A DNA stretch of 64,000 nt from an uncultured cyanobacterium (GCA_963740315.1 CAVUDP010000001.1:1-64000), one strand, 5' to 3'. Positions 1-11,630 are shown, counted from the stretch's first letter. Notes: generated from the sequence alone by a model not told the origin. Translations and numbers: made by a program.

Positions 1-1202
1 TTTCCTTCTGGTGTATTTAATGGTTGTTCCAGTTCAATTACAAATTTTTCGCTTTTTGACTTATTTTTAGATTGTTGAGTTGAATTCTTGCTAGTAAAAT
101 GATTACTCCAGATTAAAGGGGTTAATAACTTTCCATCAACCGATTCCCCCACCTGTAATTGATAATTGTTTTCATATCCAATAATTGCCGCTTCTTCACT
201 ATAAAGCGGTTCTAGTTCATCACTGTTTAGTGTTTGTGCTGTCTGGACTGCTGAAATTAAAGTTGCATTTTGGATTGTTGGTTGTTGCTCTCGTATAGCT
301 GTATCAAAAGTATTTCCTTTCTCTTGCTCGTCATCAGTATTAGTCGTAATTTCGCTGCTGCCATAGCTTCCCAAACGACTAATTTTAGTCCATTCTTCCA
401 TCGGGTCAGTTTTTTCTTCAACTTTGGGATAAGAAGGTTTGCTAATTCTATTTGCAACTGGCTGAAATTGGCGGGACCCTTGAGGTACTGGTGGAGCGCT
501 CGGAGTTTCATTCTTATATCCTAAAGGTGATGATTGAGGTTGAAGACGAGGTATATATGGAGCTTGAGTCCTCGCTGGTGGTCTTGAAACTATTTGAGTC
601 CGAATAGGTTTGGTTGGCTCTGTAGTTGGAGTTGTTCGAGTTGTGACTGGTCTAGAAGGCTCTTGCTCCTGTTTATCTTTAGGTTTATTCACAGTAGTTT
701 TAGGACTTTTAGCACGTTCTACAGATTTGATTTTTTCAGCTTGGGTTGAGAGTGCTAATTCCGCTTTTAATTTTCCCGTTTCTCTTTCAATTGGATTATT
801 GGCAATTTCTACCTTGGGTTTGGATTGTTTTGAGTATTCTTTTGTTGGTGCAGTTTTAAGACTACCTGACATAATGCTGTTTAAAACTGTCGCAGCAGAA
901 CCAAATACAACAAGCATTACTAAACCAACTGCACCGAATTTAGCGAAAGGATTGCTGTAAAAATGAGATTGAGTTTTACCTTCATGTGGAGAGTCAAATA
1001 ATTCATATGTAGCAATTGGACTCGGTTCTGTTTGGTTCGGCACTTCTGAGGACTTACTATCTTGAATTTCAGTAAATTCCTTTTCCCTCGGTGGTTGGTT
1101 CTCATCATGAAATCCAAGCAGTTTCTCAAAACTTACTTCATTCCAATCACTATCGGATTTATCTGAATTTTTTAAGTCATTATCTTCAGACTGCGAATTC
1201 AT
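1..1202 (-). CDS. TrbI/VirB10-like conjugation protein (3' end outside window)
   Basis: Not in ORF track because it runs off the edge. ATG at 1202 overlaps the upstream stop (TAATG). Translates MNSQSEDNDL..., one TM (FGAVGLVMLVVFGSAATVL), Pro/Thr-rich linker, then ...LQVGESVDGKLLTPLIW. Position in T4SS operon. Confidence 0.7.
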   Translation of the reverse strand, partial: MNSQSEDNDLKNSDKSDSDWNEVSFEKLLGFHDENQPPREKEFTEIQDSKSSEVPNQTEPSPIATYELFDSPHEGKTQSHFYSNPFAKFGAVGLVMLVVFGSAATVLNSIMSGSLKTAPTKEYSKQSKPKVEIANNPIERETGKLKAELALSTQAEKIKSVERAKSPKTTVNKPKDKQEQEPSRPVTTRTTPTTEPTKPIRTQIVSRPPARTQAPYIPRLQPQSSPLGYKNETPSAPPVPQGSRQFQPVANRISKPSYPKVEEKTDPMEEWTKISRLGSYGSSEITTNTDDEQEKGNTFDTAIREQQPTIQNATLISAVQTAQTLNSDELEPLYSEEAAIIGYENNYQLQVGESVDGKLLTPLIWSNHFTSKNSTQQSKNKSKSEKFVIELEQPLNTPEG

Positions 1203-2002
1203 TATAAATTCTCCGCTTGTAAGTCTCGAATTGCATAAATTTCTAATCCACTAGCACGCACTTGATAAACAACAGTAGCTAAATCACTGGTATTTATAGG
1301 TTCCGTTGGTGCAATAACTGCTCTAATAAATATCTCTTTATTAAACGGAATTATCTCTCCTAAATTATTACTTTGATTAAATACATTCAAATTAGCAATC
1401 ATTTTGACTTTCCATTTTCCTTCACCAATTTTGGTAGGAGATTGAATTGATAGCGGGATTAAAACTACTTGAGTTGTACCTTTAAAAACTCCCTGCGGTG
1501 TCATTGAAGCAAGCTTCTTCAAAAACTCCTGACGAAAATCGGACGATAACGCATAAGATGCTTGCCATGCTCTAGATGCAACTTTATTTCCTCTTGCTCC
1601 ACGCTCGACCACATCTACACCTTTGTCTTGTAGTGGTTTTGCGTTTTCTTCAACAGTGTTCGGTGGTAGTGTTCCCGACCAATTCATCATTAAAGTCATC
1701 GTATCGGAAACAAAACGAGATACTACTTGTGGAGTGCGTTCAACATTTCCTAACGGTGCTACTTTAATTGCTTTACCTGTTTCTAATTGAACCAATGAAG
1801 GAGGTGGCTTTTTATTTAATTGTGAATAAGAACCGTAGAGTAATATAAGCATAAAAAATGTTATCAGATGCAATCCAAAAGTTCCAACTGCAAACAAAGC
1901 TAAACTATCGGCAGTTGAAAAATTTTTAGATGCACGATTTAAAAATTTTAGTCTTTTATTTTGAGTTGATTCTGAACTAAAATTATTATCTAAGTTCGTC
2001 AT
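1202..2002 (-). CDS. Cyanobacterial T4SS bitopic membrane protein (VirB8-like position)
   Basis: 266 aa, single N-terminal TM followed by a soluble domain; lies between VirB6-like and VirB10-like genes. Confidence 0.6.
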   Translation of the reverse strand: MTNLDNNFSSESTQNKRLKFLNRASKNFSTADSLALFAVGTFGLHLITFFMLILLYGSYSQLNKKPPPSLVQLETGKAIKVAPLGNVERTPQVVSRFVSDTMTLMMNWSGTLPPNTVEENAKPLQDKGVDVVERGARGNKVASRAWQASYALSSDFRQEFLKKLASMTPQGVFKGTTQVVLIPLSIQSPTKIGEGKWKVKMIANLNVFNQSNNLGEIIPFNKEIFIRAVIAPTEPINTSDLATVVYQVRASGLEIYAIRDLQAENL

Positions 2003-2009
2003 ATTTTTT

Positions 2010-3032
2010 CTATTTACTTACAATTCTAGTTACGAAGGTAGAAAGACCAAAACTCGCAATACTCGAAAAACTTCTAAAAACTGCTAATCCACCACCTGCT
2101 GCTAAAACTACAGATAAAATTGGGGCAAGAATACCTATTGCAAATGCAAAAATCATTGGGTCGTTATTGTCAGCATTCAAGACCATCGTGGCAACCAAAC
2201 CAGAAATAATATTGAAACAAAGTTTTATCATTCCCACCGAGAAGAAACCTGTTAACCATGCGAAAATAGCTTTTTGACCGACGGGAAGTAATGAACCTCC
2301 AACAGCTAGCGGTCCTAGTAGTGCAGTCAACAACATACAAATCTCGATTATCCATTGAAAAGCTGCTGCAAGTGAAATCAGCCAGCCACGTACTGCTAAC
2401 TGAAAAATATTTGTATTGAAAAAATCGCTGGCATTTTTAAGCCAAGATGGGCGGTTGTCTTGGTCAGCTTCTGCTTCAATTTGCTCCGCTTGTCGGGCTG
2501 CATTTTGTAAACACTCGGTTTGTTGCGTCGGGTCAGCAATCGTATTACATTGATTAATCAATGACTCAATAGCGTCTGTTTCCCCCGTTTTGAGCATTAC
2601 CTGTTGATAAGCTTCTTGCAATTGGATAGAAGCAGAGGTAGAAACTAAAAGAGTTTGATTAGTTTGGTTGATTATTCCTCTCAAGCCTTTGGTCACAGCT
2701 ACTAATTGTTGACCGTTGTTTGCAAGTAGAACTATGACAACGATTGTCCAGATTAGTTCGGTGAATCCTTTGGAACTATCACCGTCAATCATTTCCTTTG
2801 TCCACTGAACGATGAAAATCAACAATGTACCAACTGCAAAGAAGATTCCGAGATTGGCGATCGCACTATATAAACCACCACCTAAAACGTCATCCCAAAG
2901 ATTATCAATTGACTGTGCAACAGCTTCGCTCGCTGCGATTCCGTCCTCTGTAATTGTGGAAGCTGCTTGTCCCGGATTTTCTGGTTGAACTTGAGCAAGA
3001 ATTAGTCCCCAAGGTAATAGTAGGAATGACAT
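2010..3032 (-). CDS. Polytopic T4SS inner-membrane protein (VirB6/TrbL-like)
   Basis: 340 aa with several TM helices and a central soluble loop; operon context. Confidence 0.7.
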   Translation of the reverse strand: MSFLLLPWGLILAQVQPENPGQAASTITEDGIAASEAVAQSIDNLWDDVLGGGLYSAIANLGIFFAVGTLLIFIVQWTKEMIDGDSSKGFTELIWTIVVIVLLANNGQQLVAVTKGLRGIINQTNQTLLVSTSASIQLQEAYQQVMLKTGETDAIESLINQCNTIADPTQQTECLQNAARQAEQIEAEADQDNRPSWLKNASDFFNTNIFQLAVRGWLISLAAAFQWIIEICMLLTALLGPLAVGGSLLPVGQKAIFAWLTGFFSVGMIKLCFNIISGLVATMVLNADNNDPMIFAFAIGILAPILSVVLAAGGGLAVFRSFSSIASFGLSTFVTRIVSK

Positions 3033-3046
3033 ACTGTAGCAATCTT

Positions 3047-3757
3047 CTAAAACAATCGTGCCTGTGCAGCAGTTCTTAAATTGCTAAAACCTTGACCAAC
3101 AACTTCTTTCTTGCGTGACTGATTTTGACCGTCTAAAGAACGAGATATATTAGTTAGGTTGAGATTCGCCAAATCTTGGGATTGTTTTGTTTTCAAGCCA
3201 TCACTTCGCATTGCACCTAATATTCCTGTAATTTCAGTATTCTGCTGGGCAATACGCTTCATTACATTCTGGGTAACAACATCATTTTGAGCAGCATCAG
3301 AAAATATGGAAACTGTCTCAATTGATGTTTGAGTTTTTTCGACTTGTGCTTTCATATTTTCTTGTCCTTCTTTAGTCAACGTAAAACCAGAAGCACGAGT
3401 TATTTGGCGGTCAACTTCGTTAGTTGCTTTATCAACACTATTGACTGCATTGTTGCTATCGGATGCCATAACCTCAATTTCCTTTCTAACTTCTCCGGCA
3501 TCCGGTAAGCCTAATATACCAGCAGCTTCTTGTACTACTGCCTGTAAATCTCCCTCTAAAGATTCGGATAAATCATCTAATTTACCGGAGATGGTTGAGG
3601 AAATATATTTATTCACAGAACCAGTTTGTTCTTGCAATTGCTCAATTACTGTTACCAAGGGATTTTGTATTTCTAAAGCATAGGCTCGGTTAATACTAAT
3701 TGATGAGATTGTGCTAATTCCAACTAAAATAATGGTCAATTTATTGATTTTTTTCAT
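3047..3757 (-). CDS. Secreted helical T4SS protein (VirB5/TrbJ-like)
   Basis: Signal peptide (AYA-LE), Gln-rich helical body, directly downstream of VirB4. Confidence 0.55.
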   Translation of the reverse strand: MKKINKLTIILVGISTISSISINRAYALEIQNPLVTVIEQLQEQTGSVNKYISSTISGKLDDLSESLEGDLQAVVQEAAGILGLPDAGEVRKEIEVMASDSNNAVNSVDKATNEVDRQITRASGFTLTKEGQENMKAQVEKTQTSIETVSIFSDAAQNDVVTQNVMKRIAQQNTEITGILGAMRSDGLKTKQSQDLANLNLTNISRSLDGQNQSRKKEVVGQGFSNLRTAAQARLF

Positions 3758-3784
3758 AGTTTTATAATCATGTAACTATTCAGT

Positions 3785-6493
3785 TTAAATTAATTGTTTA
3801 GAAAGTTCCGTCAGAGCAACAAATTTATCTGAATACTTTGACAAGTAAAGCGTTCTCTGTTCTTGTTCTTTTGGATTATTCCCTACTACAGCTAACAGAA
3901 TAGGTGCTGGATAATAACGACAAAAAGTAAATATTCCGTTATCATCAAGCAACCATTGCGAGTACAAATCCTCCTTTTTAGGAAAAAAGCTTTCTGTAGC
4001 ATTACGAGCAATAATTTCTTGAGGATATTTCAAAATTGTTGTAAAACTATCAACAGCAGTGGGTTGAATGCGACCAATCAATCTAGTAGTTAAATTTTGA
4101 AATATCTTTGAGCCAGATGGAGATTTTGCAATTGTATCTGGGTCTTGAGCGGATAAAATTACTCTAATTCCCGCTTTTGCACCATTCGCACACAACCTAC
4201 CTACTAAAGCTGCAATTGAGTCATATTCAAATAGAATCGGGCTTTCATCAATGAAAAAGATACTCGCCGGAGCAGCTAATGCTCGACGTAACGCTGCACT
4301 ATAAGCACTTAAACTTAAAACAGCCGCATCTTCATCATTGGATAGGTTTCGTAATGCAAAAATTAAAAGTCGAGCGTCGCTGCGGAAGGTTGAAGGCTGT
4401 GCTAAAGCTTGTCCAACTCGTGATGAAAGCCAAAATCGCAGACGCAGTTTTATTGTTTCTAGGGCTGCTTTAGTATCACCACTATTATCTTCAAGTTGCA
4501 AACGTTCGTGAGAACAAAAACTTAGAAAGTCATGCAATGTTGGAATTGCAGACCATTCATCCGAACCAAACCCATTGGTATAAGCAGCAGCATAACGGTC
4601 GCGAATTAAATCATCAGCAAAAAATGCTTTCAAGGTTAAAGCAATTATCGAACGAACTGCATCAACTTGTTGTTTGCTTTGAGTATTTCCTTTACTACCG
4701 ACAACCATTGCCATAATTGCGGTAGCAAGGAAATCTTTATAGTCTTCAAAACGCTCTTGTTGCAATTTGGGAGAAAGGGAACGTAAGTTTGGTAATTCAA
4801 ATAAATTGCTTGATTCTTTACCAATATCAAAATACGCTCCATCCTTCTCCATAAAACGGGTGTAGTCTGTAAAGGTGCTGGTTCCATCCGGCTTAGGATA
4901 ATCCATTGCTACAACTGGCATTCCGTGCGCTAATGCCTGAGTTAGTATTCCAGAAGCTAAAACGCTTTTCCCGGCACGGGTTGTAGCAAATAGCCCTAAA
5001 TTCTTATGCTGGCTGTATAAATCTAGTTCAACTGGGGTTCCTCCTTCTTCTGCTAACAAGCTAAAACCGCTACCATCTCCGGTTTTAGTTTTTACCACAG
5101 GCATTAATCCTGGTACTTCACCACTTAAGTAGACTAACCTTCGATTAAAAGGAGCAGTCATTAAGCGTTCCCAAACTATAGGTAAAGTTTGTAACCAGAT
5201 TCGCCAGGGATATTCGGTTTCTCTTACAACCCAAGCCGGACGTAGAAAGCAAGATTGTAAGTAACGACAAGCTTCGTCTAATTGCTCGCGAGTTTGACGA
5301 TACATCAAAAACACCGTTGCGACGTGGACGGGAACAGAACCCTCATAGAGTTCTTCCTGGGCTGCAATGGATTTTTTGATATTTAGTAAAGACTTTACGT
5401 CAACCGAGTTTTTATCTTGAGCCAATGCAGCAGATGTGTTTGATTGTTTAGTTAAACGCTGCATATTGGTTTTAACTAAGGTTTCATTAGCCCGCATCAG
5501 CTGACAATATATTTCAGTATCGTAAACTCTTTCTCTTGATAAAACCTCCCATAAATAACGAAGCTGTTGTTGTTTATCAACCCAACCACCGGGTTTATCC
5601 GCGAAGGTGAGAGCTGCAATATATTTGTCTTTGAGATGCACCCAACGTCTATCAGCGATGGGAATTGAGGAAGAAGACTCCATGAGTAAAGATGTAGGAG
5701 CTACATCTGAATAAATTTCTTCTCGGAGTCCGTTTTCGTCATAAATTAAAAGTTGTGGTATTGGACGTGATGGTGTGGTGTTAAATCGCTGCCAAAGTTC
5801 TGACCATAATGTGTCAGCACTTAAGGGGCGGATATCTAGCCCCATTTTGTTTGATATCAACTGTTCCCATAATTGGAATCCGTCAGTGAATGATTTGTGG
5901 ATTAACCGTTCGATGGCGATGAATTGAAGTTCGTTGATTTCTCCTGTAAATGATTTCCAAGAACGTTCTACTTTTGAGAGAATTTTCTCAATCGCATCGG
6001 TTGTACCCGTGCTACTAGTTTCAATGGTGTATGTGCAATAAAGGTGTAGTTTCTTTGGTTTGCGAACTCCTTTTTTAGTTAGTTGTTGTGTTCTGCATCG
6101 CTCTCCCATTAAGAGGAATTGCAATTCAATATTCGGTGCGGTTTGGCTTAGATTTTTTAATTGCTGCTGTCGGTTAGTGTCGTCAGTAAAAGAACTCAGA
6201 CGGATAGTTAAACGTTCCCCAGGTGGTAAATCTTTTAATCCTGATTCAATTGCATTGAAAACCGGGTCTATTTGCTCTGTCCGCAAAGTGGAATGAACAC
6301 CCGTACATTCAAAACCAAACTGAACTAAATAATTGTCAACTCCTTTGCGTAAAATATAAGCCCCAACAGACTTTCCTTGTAGATTTATTTGCAACATGGT
6401 GACTAGTGCAAAAGAATCTTCAAGAGGTGTCAAGCGGACTTTCTGTTCTCCGTTATCAACAACTTTTTTACCTACTTTAGATTTGGAATTCAC
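3785..6493 (-). CDS. virB4: VirB4-family conjugative ATPase
   Basis: 902 aa; Walker A variant ATTRAGKS, Walker B IFFIDE, then GAKAGIRVILSAQD typical of VirB4/HerA-FtsK ATPases. Confidence 0.85.
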   Translation of the reverse strand: MNSKSKVGKKVVDNGEQKVRLTPLEDSFALVTMLQINLQGKSVGAYILRKGVDNYLVQFGFECTGVHSTLRTEQIDPVFNAIESGLKDLPPGERLTIRLSSFTDDTNRQQQLKNLSQTAPNIELQFLLMGERCRTQQLTKKGVRKPKKLHLYCTYTIETSSTGTTDAIEKILSKVERSWKSFTGEINELQFIAIERLIHKSFTDGFQLWEQLISNKMGLDIRPLSADTLWSELWQRFNTTPSRPIPQLLIYDENGLREEIYSDVAPTSLLMESSSSIPIADRRWVHLKDKYIAALTFADKPGGWVDKQQQLRYLWEVLSRERVYDTEIYCQLMRANETLVKTNMQRLTKQSNTSAALAQDKNSVDVKSLLNIKKSIAAQEELYEGSVPVHVATVFLMYRQTREQLDEACRYLQSCFLRPAWVVRETEYPWRIWLQTLPIVWERLMTAPFNRRLVYLSGEVPGLMPVVKTKTGDGSGFSLLAEEGGTPVELDLYSQHKNLGLFATTRAGKSVLASGILTQALAHGMPVVAMDYPKPDGTSTFTDYTRFMEKDGAYFDIGKESSNLFELPNLRSLSPKLQQERFEDYKDFLATAIMAMVVGSKGNTQSKQQVDAVRSIIALTLKAFFADDLIRDRYAAAYTNGFGSDEWSAIPTLHDFLSFCSHERLQLEDNSGDTKAALETIKLRLRFWLSSRVGQALAQPSTFRSDARLLIFALRNLSNDEDAAVLSLSAYSAALRRALAAPASIFFIDESPILFEYDSIAALVGRLCANGAKAGIRVILSAQDPDTIAKSPSGSKIFQNLTTRLIGRIQPTAVDSFTTILKYPQEIIARNATESFFPKKEDLYSQWLLDDNGIFTFCRYYPAPILLAVVGNNPKEQEQRTLYLSKYSDKFVALTELSKQLI

Positions 6494-6505
6494 CTGTGGA
6501 ACTTA

Positions 6506-6826
6506 CTATTTTTTGATTTTTGAACTTGTGCCTGAATTCATAACTGGTTTGTACAAACAACGTACTCTCGTCCAATTTGGAGTTGCAACAAACTTAGACA
6601 AAATTCGCCAAGCGCCATTGGCAGTAAGAATCCACCACGTTGCTATTCCCCAAGCTGCTATAGAACAAGTCCAAACCCAATTTAATCTCAACAAACCATG
6701 AGCAAGATAATAGGAAATAGCGCTAATGATTGCCCAAGGTATTAATTGGTCTGCGGGGAACGGTCCTATTGATGGTTGTTTGCCTAAAGTAGCGTTAACT
6801 TTACGATATTTAGGTCTACCCTCCAT
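6506..6826 (-). CDS. VirB3-like small membrane protein
   Basis: 106 aa, two TM segments, immediately upstream of virB4. Confidence 0.65.
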   Translation of the reverse strand: MEGRPKYRKVNATLGKQPSIGPFPADQLIPWAIISAISYYLAHGLLRLNWVWTCSIAAWGIATWWILTANGAWRILSKFVATPNWTRVRCLYKPVMNSGTSSKIKK

Positions 6827-6874
6827 GTCTTATCTATTTTCCTTTTTTAAACTCTAATGCCCGCTCCCTGCCTC

Positions 6875-7456
6875 TTATCCTCCAGGTGCAGCACCTCCTC
6901 CTCCAATAATTAAATTGGTTAGAATATCGCCTACTGTTACTGCAATCAAAATAATCATTGGTGTTCTGGCTAAATTCTGCCAATCTTCATTGTCTCTGGC
7001 AGCTTGAATTACTTTGACTAAAGAGATTCCTAAGTAAAGCAAGAATAATCCTCGTAGTACGTTAAATGATAAAACAATTGCTTCATCCGCACCTGTAAAC
7101 TGCCCACTCATCCAGGTTTCTGCATTTTGGAAAAACTGTGCTTGCACCGGAGTTGAGAGAGCATCTAACAGTAAAAATGTGCCTAAAACTATTAGGGCAG
7201 AGGAAGTTACTTTGTATCGTTTAGAAAACTTTGTAATAGCTCTAAATAAAGCATCTAAATTTTGTCGCCAAGTAATTGCAACTACCCCAGATATTAAAAA
7301 TGCTGACGTGATAAAGCTGACTAAACTCGGATAAATAATTGAATCTAGTAAAGCGATAAATAAGCCAGTTCGCATTAAAGTAGATGCACTAATTAAATGT
7401 TTGGGATAACAGTCTCCTTGGCGCGATTCAGAAAATTTAGACGCTTTATAAAGCAT
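6875..7456 (-). CDS. Pilin-like (VirB2/TrbC position) membrane protein
   Basis: Hydrophobic leader ending VQA-QFF, then two TM helices; first gene of the T4SS operon. True start uncertain. Confidence 0.55.
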   Translation of the reverse strand: MLYKASKFSESRQGDCYPKHLISASTLMRTGLFIALLDSIIYPSLVSFITSAFLISGVVAITWRQNLDALFRAITKFSKRYKVTSSALIVLGTFLLLDALSTPVQAQFFQNAETWMSGQFTGADEAIVLSFNVLRGLFLLYLGISLVKVIQAARDNEDWQNLARTPMIILIAVTVGDILTNLIIGGGGAAPGG

Positions 7457-8544
7457 AGAGCAGGAAATTACATTGTTTTCTACTTACTTAATAACTCTAG
7501 CTATATCGTAATTTCATCATCCGATTGTTAGAGATGTTACTTGTATTTTTATTTATGAAAATAATATAATTTTTAGTAAAATTAATAACTTCTGTTTTGT
7601 GTATAGATAACTAAAAAATATTTATTCTGTATATTTTATTTCTCTAGTTAACGTATTAATGTGTAATTTTGAGATTAAAAATTACAAGTTGATTTCCGTG
7701 GTATACGTAGAAAATAACTCTAAATAAATTATCGTTAATTCTGATTACAGTTACTCTTATTTATCTAAAATAATTAATAGTAACTAATGAAATATTGATG
7801 ATTATAAGCTTTCACCCGTTTTTTTACGTAAGTTACTACAATTACTGTTCAAATAGTAAGTAATTATAAAAAAATATTCTCTGATAGCAAAATATTTATG
7901 AGTGAAAGTACTCATATTCAATGTTAATAATGAAATTTGGATACAGGAACACTACTTCCGTTTTTAATCGCAATAAGAAAGCTACTGTTAAACAATAAAT
8001 AAGAAAAAAGTATCGCAGTTTTTCGGTATCAATATTTAATAATTCAATCTGACGACCATAAAGTAGACCGACTTCAATCCCGCACGGTGATAGTCCTTAA
8101 GCTTCCCTAAAGGCATCAGTGACGGTCATCCTTAGTTATTAGTCTTTTAAGAAGACGGAATATTTATTTGTATTGTAAACTCCCCTATCGCTTTAAACAA
8201 TTAACCATCACTTTCGTAGGTAGGCACAAGCAAACCTAACGGGAGTAACGGAAAGTTAAATGCTCAAAACGATTGCGATGAGCCACACCTTTGTGGTGAA
8301 TGCTTCGTTTCACTCCCAATTACGCAGTGATGAATTTTCCCACCCACCCACTTACTTAACCGCGATTCAAGATAAAACAAACAATATCCCTTATATGAGT
8401 ATCAGGAATAATTACTTGAGACTTCGCTTGATTAATTACTAGGGAATTATTAGGGTTATTCCCGCAGAAGTAGTAACTGATAACTCATAAGCCCTCGAAT
8501 GCTTATTCCATATGCAATGAAGCAGTTACCATCAATCATTTTTA

Positions 8545-11500
8545 CTAGCCACTATTCACTCCACTCGAAGCAGTAACTGGTGTCTGACAATCTTCGATAT
8601 TTTGCTCGAAGCCGGATTCAAAGCAAGATAATCGCTCTAAAATTAACTCTATAGGAATTTCCACACAACTACGAGTCACCATTTCTGGGGGCTTCGGTAG
8701 TAAAATCTCACCATCTACATCAGCTCTAACATTAATTTTTAACCGTTGGTAAGTAATCGAAGAATCCCTGTCACAATGGAATTTTTGCTTGCTATAAGTC
8801 TTCCCTCCCGTTTTTTCTATCTGCTGTCGAATCATTTTTTGACTATAGGGAAGGTTATTTTTAAAGTAGCGAGACATCAACGACCAAACCCCATGCAGAT
8901 AAACAGCCAAAGATTTATAATTTCCGTTTTCAGGATTCCCATGTTCGGTAATTAATCTACAGTTCCACTCACCGACTTCAGTTTGCGATCGCAATATCAA
9001 AAGCTTATCTACAAAGTCATCCAATGAAGCCTTCTTAGATTCATCTTCATTTGCTTCACCACACAATAAGCTTAAATAAGCCCAAACTTCTTCTGTTGAA
9101 ACAACACCACTTAATTGAGCTACTTTTAAAGCATAGTAACCAATTAACGCTAAACTCGATGCTAACCTTGCATGAGCCGTTGGTAACTTGGCGATTAGCT
9201 GTGATTCTAAGTCTTTAATGCCTTTTTGGTCGTAACCAAGTTTAATTAGATTGGGTAGAGCAGACGAACATATACGCGACATTGCTCTCAATTCGGGGAA
9301 AGCCGCAGGGCTTGGGGTTCCACAAAATTCTAATCGAATCAACCGTGACAGAATTATTGGGTCATCATCACCAATCGAATAATTAGAAGCGACAATTAAC
9401 GGACTATGGGGATCTGATTATTTTCTCGCACCGAACGAGAACCCCCACCAAATTGAGATTTGATTTGCTGACAAACCCAAGAAATTTGAGTTTTATCTGG
9501 GTCATCAAGAAACTGAGTTAACCCACCCATAAGTTTGAAACGCTCGTGGTAAGCGCTTTCAGATGCTTTATTGATTTTCGCTCTATGGTCAAAGCCTAAT
9601 AGAGAAAGCGCAGTAACTGCGGCGAGTGTCTTTCCCGTCCCCGCATCTCCGTAAAGTCCCAAAACTGGGAAAAATCCTTCTTCTTGCTGAATTTTGTCGT
9701 AAAACAAACCAGCGATAGAGAATGCTGTTGTAAACAAAGCTGGCATAAAACCTTCTGCTCCGAAGAAGTTACGCATGGAATTTACCAAACGTGGTAATAC
9801 TTCTGGTTCTGGTTGAGTATTGATTTTAGGAACCGGAATTTTTTCTGCGGCTATTAATCTTTCATTTAAAACCCAACCTGATTCTTCCTCTGTAATAATT
9901 GTTCCATCCTTTGAGATTTGGCAATCGTGGAACACCCAAGTCCCATCAGATTGCCGACCGAGACGTTCCGATAATTTATATGGCTTTCCTCCGCGTTCGC
10001 GGTATGCAGATAGTTCTTTATGCAAATACTTGTGAAGTTCGTCTACTTTCAATTTGTTAACAAAATACACTTTCCCCGTTGCACGCGATAAGCAATTAAT
10101 AAAATCCGTTACCTTGTTAAATGCTTCGGCAGGAACTACTACTCTATGCTGCTCTTGTGGTGGGTCATAAGTACGTTTGACTTGTAGAACCAATCCCCCG
10201 TAATTGTCGTTTGTTCCAACTAACTCACGCTCCACAATAAAACTGAATCCTGCTTTGGGAATCCATTTCCACTCTGTATTCACTTTTTTCCAATAACCTA
10301 ACTCTGACCTATATGGATGTTGCACTGGTGCTGACCAATCTGACGTGTTGAACTGTACTGATTTATATAGCAAATAGTTACGGATGTCATCTGACCATAG
10401 TTTCATCCATTCATCTATTGAAATGTAGGTAATATTATGGCGCTTCCCCTGAAGAATCAAATCGTCAATGTCTAGGTCATCTTTACTAAATTGTCCCCAC
10501 CAAGCAATACGTATTTTACATTCCCATTCCTGCAATAATTTGATTGTTTCGTGATAACGGAGCATTATGTGTTGATTTGAGAGCATTCCCGCATCTACAT
10601 ACAAATCAATCACTAAGTTTGATAATGAGGTATTTTGCTCACTCGCAATTTTTTCTAAATAACGTTTGAATAATTTAGGGCTACAATCCCAAGCTGCTCC
10701 AGATGCTCCTATAATTATTTGCTTCAGATTATAGGCAACTGACCAAGCTTTCAAAACTCCTTCAGCCAAACCAATTGATGGTAACTCAATCGATTCTGGA
10801 CGACAGAATGCAAGCGGCATTTCTCCGTTATCTAAGCGAGGTCCATTACCACCAGATGATGCAGAGGAACCCCACTTGTATTTGCCATTACTCGTATCCT
10901 CCGGACGAATTTTAAAAGCGATGATTTGTTCTAATTCGTTGTGAATTGGTAAAAATATCCCTGACTGCTTGTACAAATACAATGATTCGTCACGTTTAAT
11001 TACTCCAGCGAGATAGGCGCTAACATTTTTTACTGGTTTTTCTGACCACGAACGAAAACCAATAAAGTCAATAAATTTTCCTAATCCGCGCACATCCGTT
11101 AAATGATTGCGGTGAGTTTCATTTAATGGAAGCTGATTCAAGATTGAACGATATTGCTTATCTCTGTCTTCCTCGCTCAAAACTGACGGTGGTAAAAAAT
11201 CTTCCTTATCTGTTGGAGGAGATTGATTATCTTGCTTACTAGCTTTAACGAGCGTAGCATTCGGATGATTGTTAAATTTATTCCATTCAGGAAAGTACGA
11301 TGAGTAAGCTTTTTGAACAGCGTAAGCCCACGAAGAGGGTCGCCCTGTTAAGCCAGCCATTTCTTTGCAGGTTGCTTTCTCTCCACAGTTTTGGAGTTCT
11401 TTGGCTGCCATTAATAATTCATCAACTACGTAAGAAGAGATAAAAGAATGTCCCATACCATCCGATAATTCTCGAATATGGATGTAACCAGATGGTACGG

Positions 11501-11630
11501 AATTTGGTGTGGAGTGGAAGCAATAAATGCTACCATCATGATTTACCTTACAACTACCCGACCTATTACCGCAAACAGGACAAGGCTGCTGCTTGTTTGA
11601 GTGTCTTCCTTTTTTATATTTTCTCGACAT
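8545..11630 (-). pseudogene. Primase-helicase replication protein (Zn finger + Toprim + DUF927/P-loop), split by one frameshift
   Basis: CPVC..C..C zinc finger, Toprim-like LAEG..DAG..DIDD, Walker A GDAGTGKT. ORFs 9396-11630 and 8545-9342 join (QIPHSPLIVASNYSIGDDDPIILSRLIRLEF) if one base is added in the G4 run at 9408-9411. May be a sequencing error. Confidence 0.8.

Noticed and set aside
257..1129. Short ORFs 257-511, 270-524, 610-960, 920-1129
   Set aside because: Shadows of the long minus-strand VirB10-like frame.
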